Notes: generated from the sequence alone by a model not told the origin. A DNA stretch of 64,000 bases from Candidatus Bathyarchaeia archaeon (GCA_035529595.1 DATKWK010000017.1:186961-250960), one strand, 5' to 3'. Counted from the stretch's first letter, positions 19,848 to 31,100 are shown. A program made the numbers and translations.

Positions 19848-22146
19848 GGAAATCTTTAAAAAAGTCCAGAAACAGGAAGATAAAAAGGAATTCTCATTTG
19901 CCTTAGAGATTGGTTATGGAGTGGTTAAAGGCGCAATTTGGGCGATTGACCAGGGAAAAGCCAAGGTTTTTTCGGTAAGCGAAGTATTTGATTGGCAGAA
20001 GGAGAGTAGTCTTATTGAGGCAGCCGATAAATGCCTTTCAGGCGCAATTGAAAAGGCGGCCATTCTGGAAGAAGAACCGAAAAAGATAATTTTTGGACTT
20101 CCTAGCTCTTGGGTTCAAGGCGAGAAAATTATTCCTGAGAAACTAAAGATCCTTAAAGAACTTTGTCAGGGTCTCGAGCTCAAGCCGGTTGGCTTTGTGG
20201 TAACTACCGAGGCTCTCGTTAAATACTTAAAAACCCTCGAAGGAGTTTTACCCAACGCTATCTTAGTAGAGGTTGCCAGAGCCGAGGCTGAGGTGACTCT
20301 CCTTCGTTTGGGTAAAATAATTGGCAGTAGCCTGGTCAAGCGAAGTCATAGCCTAGGGGAAGATATTGCCGAGGCGCTTTCCAGAATAAAAACCGAGGAG
20401 GTTTTACCAGCCAGAATCATCCTTTACAATTCTAAAAGCGAGATCGAAGACGAGAAAGAAGAGGTTTTAAGTTACCCCTGGTTGAGAGAAGAGAACGGTT
20501 TTAATTTCCTGCATCTGCCTAAAACCGAAGTTTTTCCGGCTGATTTTGATATCAGAGCGGTCGCTTTGGCTGGTGGGGCAGAGGTAGCAAAGGCTGAAGG
20601 AATCGAAGCAGAAATTTTTCTTGAAGACAAAACGAGAGATAGGAAGTTGGACGAACAAGGAGAGAAAGAGATTGAAAGAGAGATTGAAACGACAATAGAG
20701 GAAGAAAAAGAGGCTGAGATCATTGAGGAGCCGTCGAAATTGGGGTTCGGTTTTATTGAAGAGAAAGATATCGCGACTGGAGAAAATAAAATAGCCGAAG
20801 GAAAAGTCGCAAAAGAGTCAGAGGTTAAGGAATTTCCTACCAAACGCGATCAAACCAGTACTTTGCCTGATCAAGAAGTTACCAAGAAGCCCAAGAAATC
20901 TTTTTTTGCGCGATTGAGGTTTTTTCACCTAAGGAGATTAATCCTAGCCCCTTTTACTGTTTTTAGGAAGATAGTTTCTTTGATAAAGTTTCCGGGTAAA
21001 CTAACCCTTTTGGCAGTTATTGGGGCAGTGTTGTTTGTTGCAGTCAGTGTCGGCCTGTCTTGGCTTTGGTGGTTTTACCCTAAGGCTAAAGTAACTCTTT
21101 TTGTTAAACCGCAGATTTCAGAAAAAGAATTCGAGGTTACTTTGGATTCTGGAGTTGGTGAAGTTGATCAATCGAAAATGATTGTTCCGGCTAAGGTAGT
21201 TGAAGTAATTCTTGAGCAGGAAAAAGAAGGAGAAACAACCGGTATTAAAGTAATCGGAGAAAAAGCCAAAGGTGAGGTAATCGTTTATAACCGAGCTTCC
21301 ACCGAGAAAAAGCTTAATGCCGGAACGATTCTAATTAGTCGTAGTGACATTAAGTTTTCGATTGAAGAAGGAATAGTAGTTGCCTCCGAAAGCGCCGGTC
21401 CTGATTATACGAGGATTCCGGGAAAAGCAAAGGCAGCTGTTACTGCCTTAGTAATTGGAAACGAAGGAAATTTGGCAGCCGGAACCGAGTTTACGGTAGA
21501 TAAGTATTCAGCTACTGATTTAATTGCCCGCAACGAGAATGCCTTTACGGAAGGTTCAAGCCGGGAAGTTAAAATTGTAGGTAAAAGTGACCAGGAAAAT
21601 CTGGCTTCCGTTATATTGGAAGAGTTAAAGTTGCAGGCAACAGAAAAACTTAAGGAGAAGGTTCCTGTAGGCGAAGTTTTAGTAGAGGGTTCAATAACCG
21701 AAAAGATTCTGGAAAAGAAGTTTGATAAAGAGATTCAGGAAGAAACTGATCGTTTGAAGTTAACCCTTAAAACTAGTTTTAAGGCTCTGGTCTATCAGAA
21801 TGATAAATTTAACCAGTTGATCGCGGAAAAAGTAAGAGCCTCTGTTCCCTCGGGATTTCAATTCAGAGAAAATGAAAGCGAAGTCAAATTCAAGCTTGAT
21901 AAAGTGATTGATGAAGACAAGGCTCTTTTTACGGCTTCTTATAGAGCCAGCTTATGGCCCCAGATAGATACCGAACAGATCAGAAAGAATTTAAGAGGAA
22001 AAAAGGCGGAACTGGGAGAATTTTATCTTAAAGGTTTATCTAATATAGAAGGATACGAGGTAATTTATACTCCTAATCTATCTAGAATAATCAAGACATT
22101 CCCCCGGGTTTTAAAAAGGATTGATATTGAGGTAACGTCAAAATAA
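19837..22146 (+). CDS. Bitopic membrane protein: degenerate FtsA/actin-like N-domain, acidic linker, TM, baseplate-J-like extracellular domain
   Basis: FALEIGYGVVKGAIW start, IIFGLPSSW, single TM near residue 400, AKGEVIVYN...GNEGNLAAGT...NENAFTEG segment. Confidence 0.6.
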   Translation: MDPREIFKKVQKQEDKKEFSFALEIGYGVVKGAIWAIDQGKAKVFSVSEVFDWQKESSLIEAADKCLSGAIEKAAILEEEPKKIIFGLPSSWVQGEKIIPEKLKILKELCQGLELKPVGFVVTTEALVKYLKTLEGVLPNAILVEVARAEAEVTLLRLGKIIGSSLVKRSHSLGEDIAEALSRIKTEEVLPARIILYNSKSEIEDEKEEVLSYPWLREENGFNFLHLPKTEVFPADFDIRAVALAGGAEVAKAEGIEAEIFLEDKTRDRKLDEQGEKEIEREIETTIEEEKEAEIIEEPSKLGFGFIEEKDIATGENKIAEGKVAKESEVKEFPTKRDQTSTLPDQEVTKKPKKSFFARLRFFHLRRLILAPFTVFRKIVSLIKFPGKLTLLAVIGAVLFVAVSVGLSWLWWFYPKAKVTLFVKPQISEKEFEVTLDSGVGEVDQSKMIVPAKVVEVILEQEKEGETTGIKVIGEKAKGEVIVYNRASTEKKLNAGTILISRSDIKFSIEEGIVVASESAGPDYTRIPGKAKAAVTALVIGNEGNLAAGTEFTVDKYSATDLIARNENAFTEGSSREVKIVGKSDQENLASVILEELKLQATEKLKEKVPVGEVLVEGSITEKILEKKFDKEIQEETDRLKLTLKTSFKALVYQNDKFNQLIAEKVRASVPSGFQFRENESEVKFKLDKVIDEDKALFTASYRASLWPQIDTEQIRKNLRGKKAELGEFYLKGLSNIEGYEVIYTPNLSRIIKTFPRVLKRIDIEVTSK

Positions 22147-22147
22147 T

Positions 22148-22876
22148 ATGGCGCTTTATTGTTACGTTAAGTCTTCACCAAGACAGATTCCTAGAATAAC
22201 CAGGCTGCCTCCTAGAGATGGCCAGAGTCGTTTTTTATCCGGCTTTTTAATCAGTTTGGGAATCTTTGTCGTAATTCTGGTTTTGAGTTCAATCGGTGTC
22301 TATCAAATAAGAACCCGGAGTCGGTTTGACAAAAAAATGCCACTTTTTTCGCCGATTCCCAGGAGTGTTGTTTTAGGTGAGTCGGAGGTTGATTCCAATT
22401 CGGCTGACTACACCAATCCTCACCAATGGTTTTCCAGCGCTCCACCGATGCCCCTCCGCAATAGCAAGATTACCCACTATAACTTGTCAATTCCGGTCTT
22501 GGGAATTTACCAAGCGATTGTTGAAATCGGTGGCGAAGATTTAGGAAAGAGCATGGTTCATTATCCCGGTACCAGTTTACCTGGACAACGAGGGAGTGCA
22601 GTTCTTTTTTGCCACTCGGTTCTCCCTCAATTTTTTAACCCTAAAAATTATAAAACGATATGCTCCACTTTGCCGGCCTTAGAAATTGGTGACGAGATTA
22701 TTGTTTATTTTGACGGGATTGAATATCATTATCAGGTTTTTAAAATGACTGAAGTTCAGCCAACAGACATTTCTGTTTTAGAGCAGGATATGACTGGTGA
22801 ATACTTAAGTATGATTACCTGTGTTCCCCCAGGAACATACCTGCGGCGGTTAGTAGTTAAGGCAAGATTAATCTGA
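22148..22876 (+). CDS. Sortase
   Basis: N-terminal TM, LSIPVLGI, HYPGT, catalytic H (FCHS), ITC and R (ITCVPPGTYLRRLVV). Confidence 0.88.
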   Translation: MALYCYVKSSPRQIPRITRLPPRDGQSRFLSGFLISLGIFVVILVLSSIGVYQIRTRSRFDKKMPLFSPIPRSVVLGESEVDSNSADYTNPHQWFSSAPPMPLRNSKITHYNLSIPVLGIYQAIVEIGGEDLGKSMVHYPGTSLPGQRGSAVLFCHSVLPQFFNPKNYKTICSTLPALEIGDEIIVYFDGIEYHYQVFKMTEVQPTDISVLEQDMTGEYLSMITCVPPGTYLRRLVVKARLI

Positions 22877-22923
22877 AGTTTTAAAATAGTAAACATTCAG
22901 AACTTTCAAAATTTGTTAAAAAA

Positions 22924-23304
22924 ATGATTTACCTAGGAATTGATTATGGTAAGGCTAAAGTAGGCCTGGCGCTTGCCGAGGGTATCTTAGCTCAGCCTTT
23001 GCAAATCCTGCCTAATAAAGTGAATCTGATTGGTAGAGTAGTACAACTTTGCCAGAAATACTGCGTAAATAAGATTGTTATCGGCCTGCCAGAAGGTAAA
23101 CTGGAAAAAGAGGTAGGCAGTTTCGGCCGGCAATTGGCAAACAAAAGTGGTTTACCGGTTGAGTTCTATCCTGAATGCTTGACCACTCAGGAAGCAATTG
23201 TTAAAATGATAGAAGCAGGTAAAAGTAAAAAGTTCAGGCGGACACGAGAAGATAAAATTGCCGCCGCGATTATCTTACAAAATTATTTGGATTGCAATGT
23301 TTAA
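22924..23304 (+). CDS. ruvX: YqgF/RuvX family RNase H-fold nuclease
   Basis: LGIDYGKAKVGLA, VIGLP, ExLTT, DKIAAAIILQNYL. Confidence 0.9.
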   Translation: MIYLGIDYGKAKVGLALAEGILAQPLQILPNKVNLIGRVVQLCQKYCVNKIVIGLPEGKLEKEVGSFGRQLANKSGLPVEFYPECLTTQEAIVKMIEAGKSKKFRRTREDKIAAAIILQNYLDCNV

Positions 23305-23497
23305 AAAAATTATTGCTCCAGTGCAGGCTTGGTTATTATCTCAGGGAAAGTGCGTCGGTTGCGGTAAGCCTTTAGATAAAGGTAAAGGAGAAAAGAGAAA
23401 AGATAAAACTGAGAAAGTTACCTGTAGATGTGGGCGCATTTTCATTTATAACCCCGAGACAAAGAGATACCGACGGGCCCTTTTCGAAGAGGTTTAG
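23297..23497 (+). CDS. Small zinc-ribbon protein
   Basis: MFKKII...CVGC...CRCG; overlaps ruvX stop and abuts mltG. Confidence 0.65.
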   Translation: MFKKIIAPVQAWLLSQGKCVGCGKPLDKGKGEKRKDKTEKVTCRCGRIFIYNPETKRYRRALFEEV

Positions 23498-23499
23498 AT

Positions 23500-24519
23500 A
23501 TGCTATTTAAGGGGCTTAGGCGGTGGATCATACCAGCGTTTTTTTTAATGTCCGTCCTTTTGGGCGGCTTTTTTTGGTGGCAATGGGCAAATCAACCAGC
23601 GACAAAAATGCCTATAACTACCTCCGAAGGGCAAAAGATTTTTGTTATCAAACGAGGTGAGAGAATCGATGAAATTGCGATCAGGCTTAAAAAAGATAAT
23701 TTGATTCGGAGCCCTTTGGCTTTTAAACTTTTGGTTCTTGCCAAAGGATTATCAAAAGAAATTCAAGCCGGTGATTTTCGATTTCATTCGGGATTAAATC
23801 TTGAGGAATTAGTAAATCAGCTGATGCATGGAACGTTAGATATTTGGGTTACTTTATTGGAAGGTTGGCGCAGTGAACAAATAGTCGAGGAACTAGCCAA
23901 TAAGGGATTCGATATCGATATTAAAAATTGGCAGTCGAAAATTGCCAATTCGGCGCTTGAGGGCTATCTTTTTCCTGATACTTACTTAATTCCCCGAGAT
24001 GCTTCCCAGGAAGCGATTATCGAAATTTTAAGGGACAATTTTGATAAAAATATCGATGAAAGGTTGAGGAAAAAAATGGTTGAGAAAAAACTTACTCTTG
24101 ACCAGGTTTTGATTTTAGCGTCTATTGTTGAAAGAGAGGCTAGACTTTCTGAAGACCGGCCGATTGTTGCCGGAATATTGATTAAGAGATGGAAAAATGA
24201 TTGGTTACTTCAGGCCGACGCAGCAGTTCAATATGCCGTAGCTGATTTTAGGTGTCGTGGGAGAGAGTCTGGGTGTGACTGGTGGCCTAAAAATTTAACC
24301 AAGAAGGATTTAGGAACCGAGTCTCCTTATAATACCTACAAATACAAAGGTTTGCCGCCAGCCCCAATTTGTAACCCCAGTCTTGAGTCTATTGAGGCGG
24401 TAATTAATTGGCAAGATTCATCTTATTGGTTTTATCTTTCAGGTTCGACCGGTAAGATCCACTATGCCCAAACTATAGAGGATCATAACGCTAATATCGC
24501 AAAATTTTTGAGTGACTAA
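23500..24519 (+). CDS. mltG: Endolytic transglycosylase MltG
   Basis: LEGYLFPDTY, LASIVERE, SPYNTY, GLPPAPICNP. Confidence 0.95.
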   Translation: MLFKGLRRWIIPAFFLMSVLLGGFFWWQWANQPATKMPITTSEGQKIFVIKRGERIDEIAIRLKKDNLIRSPLAFKLLVLAKGLSKEIQAGDFRFHSGLNLEELVNQLMHGTLDIWVTLLEGWRSEQIVEELANKGFDIDIKNWQSKIANSALEGYLFPDTYLIPRDASQEAIIEILRDNFDKNIDERLRKKMVEKKLTLDQVLILASIVEREARLSEDRPIVAGILIKRWKNDWLLQADAAVQYAVADFRCRGRESGCDWWPKNLTKKDLGTESPYNTYKYKGLPPAPICNPSLESIEAVINWQDSSYWFYLSGSTGKIHYAQTIEDHNANIAKFLSD

Positions 24520-24660
24520 TAAGCAAATTTCTTTCATGGGTTCTCCCTGGTTGGCATTTCCTTTGATAACCAGCCAAATTATGGACTCCTGAAAATGACA
24601 TTTCTGCTTTGCCGCTAATAGAATATTATCGCTTTGTACCAACACAATTTATACAAAAAT

Positions 24661-24761
24661 TTGACAAGTATGATTTTTTATGCTATATTGCGCGCTAGTT
24701 TTTACGGAAGGCGTACGGTCAGTACGCTTCGTTTAATGTTGCCGGTTTGAGGCAATTTTTT
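24661..24761 (+). promoter_or_regulatory. rpoB promoter and structured leader
   Basis: TTGACA-17-TATATT (extended TG); hairpins GAAGGCGTAC/GTACGCTTC and TTGCC/GGCAA followed by T6. Confidence 0.6.
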
Positions 24762-24803
24762 ATACTCAATTTTTAGGTTTTTTAAAATCTGTGAGCTGAA
24801 CTA

Positions 24804-27800
24804 ATGATTTCCTCTGATTTTAGCGACATTAATATTAAAAGCGGGAAACAAAAGCCTTTGCCGAATGAAAGACACTATTGGGGGAAAATCTATAGAAATC
24901 TTCCTAAACTGGATTTAATTGCTATCCAGAAAGACTCTTATAGAGAATTTCTAGAAAAAGAGATAAATGAACTTCTGGCAGAAATCTCTCCGATTGAAGA
25001 TTTTACCAGCCGTAACTGGGAGCTTATTTTCGACCGATGTTCTCTTGGAAAGCCTAAGTATAGCCCTCTTCGGGCAATGAGAAAAGGGGTTACTTTTGAG
25101 ATACCTCTAAGAGTTAAAGTTGCCCTTCTTAATAAAAGAAACGGTTATAAAAGTGAAAAAGAAGTATTTTTGGGCAATGTGCCGGAAATGACAGAGAGGG
25201 GGACTTTTGTCATTAATGGTATTGAGAGAGCAGTAATTAATCAGATTGTTCGTTCTCCGGGCGTCTTCTTTTTTGGTGGAATTGACAAGATTAGTGGGCG
25301 GACACTTTACTATGGAGAGATAAGGCCCATTCGTGGCTCATGGCTGGAATTTTTTGTCAATAGAAATGACACCATCTCAGTAAGAATTGATCGGCGGCGC
25401 AAGTTTCCCATAACCGTTCTTCTTCGTGCTTTTAGTTTAGCAAGCGATGAAGAAATTCTAAATATCTTTCCTCTGGGTAAAGAAAGGGAGCGAAAATATT
25501 TAATTGCTACCCTTGAAAGTGATCCTACTAAGAATCGAGAAGAAGCCCTGCTTGAAATCTATCAAAAGATAAGACCAGGAGAGCCAGCCATACTTGAAAA
25601 CGCGCGACAGCTTTTAGATAACATGTTTTTTGACTACCGTCGCTATAATTTAGGTAGGGTTGGTCGATATAAAATAAACAAGAGGCTGGGGTTGAACATT
25701 CCTAATTCTCCTAAGAGTTGGGTAATTAGTCAAGATGATCTGGTAGCCGCTCTTAGATATTTAATCGATTTACAGAATGGTGAAGGTTATGTTGACGATA
25801 TCGATCACTTATCTAATCGTCGAGTAAGATGTGTAGGTGAGTTAGTATCTGAAATCGCCTTTCGGCCAGGTCTCCTAAGGCTCGAACGCTCCATCAAAGA
25901 AAGAATGAGTTTAGTCAGTACTGATGAAAGGGTCATCCCGACCCAGTTAATTAATGCGCGTCCTTTGACCGCTTCCCTTAATAGCTTTTTCAGAACTAGT
26001 CAGGTTTCGGCAATCTTGGATCAAACTAATCCGCTATCTGAAATTGATAATCTTCGTCGATTGACTGTGATGGGCCCTGGAGGAATTACCCGCGAAAGAG
26101 CTTCTTTCTCGATTAGAGATATTAACGCTTCTCAATATGGGCGAATTTGCCCGATCCGTTCTCCTGAAGGACCAAATATCGGATTAGTGACTTATCTGTC
26201 TCTTTATACAAGAGTTAATGAATATGGCTTTTTAGAAAGCCCCTATTTTCGAGTAGTCAAACAGAAGATTGACCGGCAAACTAGGATGATGGTTACTAAT
26301 GAAATTGTTTATTTGCAGGCAGACGATGAACAAAAGTATCACATTACTTATGCGGGGATTAATGTTGATGAAAAGGGAGTAATTCGGGATTCTTGGTTGC
26401 CGGCCCGATATAAGGGGCAGTTTCTAGAAGTGCCGGCGGAAAAAGTAGACTTTATTGATGTTAGCCCCGTTCAAGTTGTGGGAACGTCGGCTTCCTTAAT
26501 CCCCTTCCTGGCCCATGATGAAGCTAATCGAGCCTTAATGGGCACACACATGCAATGTCAAGCTGTTCCCTTGGTGAAGCCGCAAGCTCCAATTGTAGGA
26601 ACAGGTATGGAGAGTTTGGTAGCCGAAGCAATGGGGAGAGTGGCTAGAGCTAGGCATTCTGGGGTCGTCGAGTGGATTGATGCGCGTAAGGTAGTCGTTA
26701 AGTTAGATGAAAAGTCTCGAAAGAAGATTACTACCGAGAAGATTGAACCTAGAGAAAATATAAAAATTGAAAAAGATAGAGAAACTTATCTGGTAAATAA
26801 ATTTACCCGCTCGGCTCAGAGTACGTGCTATTCGCAAAAACCGGTGGTTTCTGTGGGTGATAAAGTTAAAGAAGGCGACTTATTAATTGACGGTCCTGCT
26901 TGTGAGAGCGGTGAGTTGTCTTTGGGACAAAATTTATTGATCGCCTATTGTTCAATTGACGGATTAGGCTATGAAGATGCGATTGTCATTTCGGATCGGC
27001 TAGTTAAAGACGACTTCTTAACATCAATCTATATTGAAGAATATGAAACTCCTATAGTCGAAACAAAGCTTGGTCCTGAGGAGCTGACTCGTGATATTCC
27101 CAATGTTGGTGAGCAAGATTTAGCCAATCTTGATGAAAATGGGATTATCGTTGTAGGCAGTGAAGTTGGTCCTAATGATATTTTGGTGGGCAAAATTGCA
27201 CCTAAAGGGGAAACAGAACTTACAGCCGAAGAGAAGCTTTTAAGGGCAATTTTTGGTGAAAAGGCGCGAGAAGTAAGAGACGTGTCTTTGAGAATACCCC
27301 ACGGTGAACGGGGAACAGTAGTTGATGTTCAGATTTTAGATCGTGATAAAGGTGACGAGCTCGAACCAGGAACAATTAGGGAGGTAATTGTCAAAGTAGC
27401 TCAGATAAGAAAAGTGACCGTAGGTGATAAGCTCGCTGGAAGGCACGGGAATAAAGGCGTGATCTCCAAGATAGTTCCAGTTGCTGATATGCCTTATTTG
27501 ACTGACGGGACACCGGTCGACATTATTATTTCTCCTCTTTCTGTTTTGGCTAGAATGAATCTTGGTCAGTTATTGGAAGCTCATTTAGGGTGGGCCGCTT
27601 CCCGCTTGGGCTATAAGGCGGCTATTCCTGTGTTTGAAAAAGTTTCTGAAGATAAGTTAAAAGAAGAACTTGAGAAAGCTGGCTTGCCAAGGGATGGCAA
27701 GGTGGTTCTCTGTGATGGAAGAACAGGAGAATCTCTTGCTCAGAATGTGGTTGTCGGAATGAGTTATATTTTGAAGTTGATTCACATGGTTGAAGATAAA

Positions 27801-28136
27801 ATCCATGCGCGGTCAACTGGGCCTTATTCGTTGGTTACTCAGCAACCCTTAGGGGGAAAAGCGCAAATGGGAGGTCAACGGTTAGGTGAGATGGAAGTTT
27901 GGGCTCTAGAATCTCATCGGGCAGCCCACACTTTACAAGAGATGCTGACCTTTAAATCAGATGATGTCATTGGCAGGGCAAAGACCTTTGAAGCGATTGT
28001 TAAGGGAACCTCTGTTCCTGAACCTACTGTTCCTGAATCATTTAAAGTTTTGGTTAAAGAGTTAAATAGCTTAGGATTAGAAATTATACCGACCGGGGCA
28101 GTCAAAGAAAAAAAAGAAGAAGATGAAGAGGAGTAA
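24804..28136 (+). CDS. rpoB: RNA polymerase beta subunit
   Basis: GTFVINGIER, PEGPNIGL, GDKLAGRHGNKG, GGQRLGEMEVWALE. Confidence 0.99.
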   Translation: MISSDFSDINIKSGKQKPLPNERHYWGKIYRNLPKLDLIAIQKDSYREFLEKEINELLAEISPIEDFTSRNWELIFDRCSLGKPKYSPLRAMRKGVTFEIPLRVKVALLNKRNGYKSEKEVFLGNVPEMTERGTFVINGIERAVINQIVRSPGVFFFGGIDKISGRTLYYGEIRPIRGSWLEFFVNRNDTISVRIDRRRKFPITVLLRAFSLASDEEILNIFPLGKERERKYLIATLESDPTKNREEALLEIYQKIRPGEPAILENARQLLDNMFFDYRRYNLGRVGRYKINKRLGLNIPNSPKSWVISQDDLVAALRYLIDLQNGEGYVDDIDHLSNRRVRCVGELVSEIAFRPGLLRLERSIKERMSLVSTDERVIPTQLINARPLTASLNSFFRTSQVSAILDQTNPLSEIDNLRRLTVMGPGGITRERASFSIRDINASQYGRICPIRSPEGPNIGLVTYLSLYTRVNEYGFLESPYFRVVKQKIDRQTRMMVTNEIVYLQADDEQKYHITYAGINVDEKGVIRDSWLPARYKGQFLEVPAEKVDFIDVSPVQVVGTSASLIPFLAHDEANRALMGTHMQCQAVPLVKPQAPIVGTGMESLVAEAMGRVARARHSGVVEWIDARKVVVKLDEKSRKKITTEKIEPRENIKIEKDRETYLVNKFTRSAQSTCYSQKPVVSVGDKVKEGDLLIDGPACESGELSLGQNLLIAYCSIDGLGYEDAIVISDRLVKDDFLTSIYIEEYETPIVETKLGPEELTRDIPNVGEQDLANLDENGIIVVGSEVGPNDILVGKIAPKGETELTAEEKLLRAIFGEKAREVRDVSLRIPHGERGTVVDVQILDRDKGDELEPGTIREVIVKVAQIRKVTVGDKLAGRHGNKGVISKIVPVADMPYLTDGTPVDIIISPLSVLARMNLGQLLEAHLGWAASRLGYKAAIPVFEKVSEDKLKEELEKAGLPRDGKVVLCDGRTGESLAQNVVVGMSYILKLIHMVEDKIHARSTGPYSLVTQQPLGGKAQMGGQRLGEMEVWALESHRAAHTLQEMLTFKSDDVIGRAKTFEAIVKGTSVPEPTVPESFKVLVKELNSLGLEIIPTGAVKEKKEEDEEE

Positions 28137-28188
28137 GTGTGTATAAGAGTAAAAAGTCGTTATTTAATAGATTATCACTGGTTTTGAT

Positions 28189-31100
28189 ATGAGAGAACTT
28201 AAAAATCTAGTCGATTTTTCTGGTTTGAAGATAATTCTCGCTTCTCCCAGTTTGATTAAATCGTGGTCTTATGGGGAAGTAACCAAACCGGAGACTATTA
28301 ATTACCGGACTCTTAAGCCAGAAAAAAGTGGTCTTTTTTCTGAAAGTATTTTTGGTCCGACGAAGGACTGGGAATGCTATTGCGGTAAGTATAAAAGAAT
28401 CCGCTATCGAGGCATTATCTGTGACAAATGTGGGGTAGAAGTAACTCAGTCAAAGGTAAGAAGAGAGAGAATGGGGCATATTAGCTTGGCCTACCCTGTG
28501 GTCCACATCTGGTTTTTTAAAGGAGTACCTTCTAAACTTTCTCTTCTTCTTAATATTCCTCCAAAAAGTTTGGAAGCAGTGATTTATTTTGCGCAATATT
28601 TGGTTACGGCAGTTGATGAAGAAAAGAGAAAAAAGACACTTAACGAATTAAAAGAGAAGCTGAAGAGTAGAAAAATTGAAGTCAAGAAGAAGTTGGAGAA
28701 AAAAATTGAAGACTTAAAAGTGGGAGAAAAAGAGGGAAAAAAAGTAATTGACGAAAAAATTGAAAATAAGGAGCAAAAATTTTTAGCGATCAAAGAGGTA
28801 ACTTTAAAATTTAGGCAGAAAGTTCAGAATGCTCGTGATGAAGCAATTCTTGATGGGGAGAAAATAGAGGAAATATTTAAGACTTTAATCGATGAAGTTA
28901 GATCATTAAAACAACTATCCCTTTTGACCGAAGATAAATATTTAAAGCTTTTTGAATATCAGGCGGGTTCCTTCTTTAAGGCGGGTATGGGTGCCGAAGT
29001 TGTTTTGGAAATAATCAGCACCCTTGACTTAGAAAAATTGATCGCTGACTTGCGTAAAGAAGTTCAATCAAGCAAGGGGGCACGTTATATTAAGGCGACT
29101 AAACGCCTAAGAATAATCGAAGGCCTTCGAAAAGCAGAGGTTGATCCTTCCTGGATGATCTTGAGAATTTTACCTGTTCTTCCCCCGGACCTAAGGCCGA
29201 TGGTTCAGCTTTCTGGCGGCCGATTTGCTACTTCGGATTTAAATGATCTGTATCGTCGGGTGATTAATCGTAATAATCGATTAAAGCATTTAGTCGAAAT
29301 TGGCGCTCCAGAAATAATCTTAAGAAATGAAAAGCGAATGCTTCAGGAAGCTGTTGATAGTCTCATCGATGCTAGTAAAGGGCCTAAAAGAAAACGCTTT
29401 AGACGACGGAGGCAACCTCTTCGTTCTCTTTCTGATATGTTGAGAGGTAAGCAGGGGCGTTTTCGACAAAATCTCTTAGGTAAAAGAGTTGATTATTCTG
29501 GGCGTTCGGTAATTGTTGTCGGGCCGGAGTTAAATCTTGATCATTGTGGTTTGCCCAAAGAGATGGCTTTGGAAATGTTTAAGCCTTTTGTTCTAAGGGA
29601 ATTAATTTTCGCCGGGATTGCTCCAAACGTCAAGAGCGCTAAAATTATTCTTGAAAAAAGACCGCCGGAGGTTTTTGATGTTCTGGAAAAAGTAACCCGT
29701 GACCATCCGGTACTACTTAATCGAGCTCCCACTCTTCATAAGTTGGGTATTCAAGCTTTTTTTCCAATCTTGATTGAAGGGAGCGCAATTCGGATTCACC
29801 CTTGCGTTTGCGCCGGTTTCAACGCTGATTTTGATGGCGACCAGATGGCAGTTCATATTCCTCTTGGAGAAAAAGCCAAAAAGGAGGCAGTTGAGCTAAT
29901 GAGTCCCAAGAGTAATCTTCTAAAGCCCGCTGATGGTTCACCGATTACTATTCCTAATAAAGAAATGGCGTTGGGTTGTTATTTTATCACCTCTATTAAT
30001 TCGGAAATAAATGAATATCCTTCAATATTTTCTAATGAGAGAGAGGCGATTTTAGCCTATCAGACTAAGGTCATTGATCTAAGACAAATAATTAAAGCGA
30101 GGATCAGCGGAGGAATAATTAAAACCTCGGTTGGCAGAATTCTCTTTAACTCTATGTTACCTGAAGAATTGAGATTCATTAATGGAGAAATGAGACAAAA
30201 AGATATCCGTGTTTTAGTAACAAAGGCTTTTCGAAACTGTTCCCGTGAAGTAGTGGTAAAATTAATTGATAATCTTAAAGAACTGGGTTTTTGGAGTGCT
30301 ACTATTTCCGGTCTCTCTGTTGGTGTTTGGGATTGTATTGTTATTAAGGAGAAGGGCAAGATAATTTCACAGGCTAACGAGAGAGTAGGTCAGGTTGAAA
30401 ATAACTTTAATCGGGGGTTAATTACCGATCAAGAGAGGAAAAGATTAGTTCAAGATGTATGGATGGAGACTACCGAAGAATTGGCTGATTTGACCTGGGA
30501 GCGCTTTGATCCAGAAAATAGCGTTCGTTTGATAATAAATTCGGGCGGTACCAGAGCTTCTCGTGATCAAGTAAAACAGTTATCGGCGATGAGAGGTTTA
30601 GTCTTAGATCCTTTAGGACAGATAGTTGAATTGCCGACAAAATCTAATTTTAGAGAGGGCCTGTCAGTCTTTGAATATGTCACTTCGGCTAGAGGTTCAA
30701 GAAAGGGATTGACCGATACAGCTATCAAAACGTCAGACGCTGGTTACTTAACTCGCCGGTTAGTTGACGTATCCCATGATGTTATTATTAGGGAGAAAGA
30801 TTGCAAAACTAAAAAAGGGATTGAAATCACCCGAGAAACCAGGTCATCCGCGTTTTCTCTCAGATTAATAGGCCGTGTTTTAGCTAAAGATGTTTTAGAT
30901 AAAAAGGGAAAAGTTTTGCTTGAAAAAGGTCAAGATCTAGATGAAGAAAAGATTATTATCTTGGAAAAGAACGAAATAATGAAGGTTAAAGTTCGTTCTC
31001 CTTTAGTTTGTGAGGCGAAACATGGAGTATGTAGTACTTGTTATGGCTGGGATCTATCGACCAGAAAAAAGGTTAAAATTGGAACTCCTATTGGTGTTAT

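Noticed and set aside
19837-22146. Prophage, suggested by the baseplate-J-like domain
   Set aside because: No other phage genes; embedded in a housekeeping operon.
24439-24645. 68-aa minus-strand ORF between mltG and rpoB
   Set aside because: Overlaps mltG, has no motif and a weak start; not supportable.
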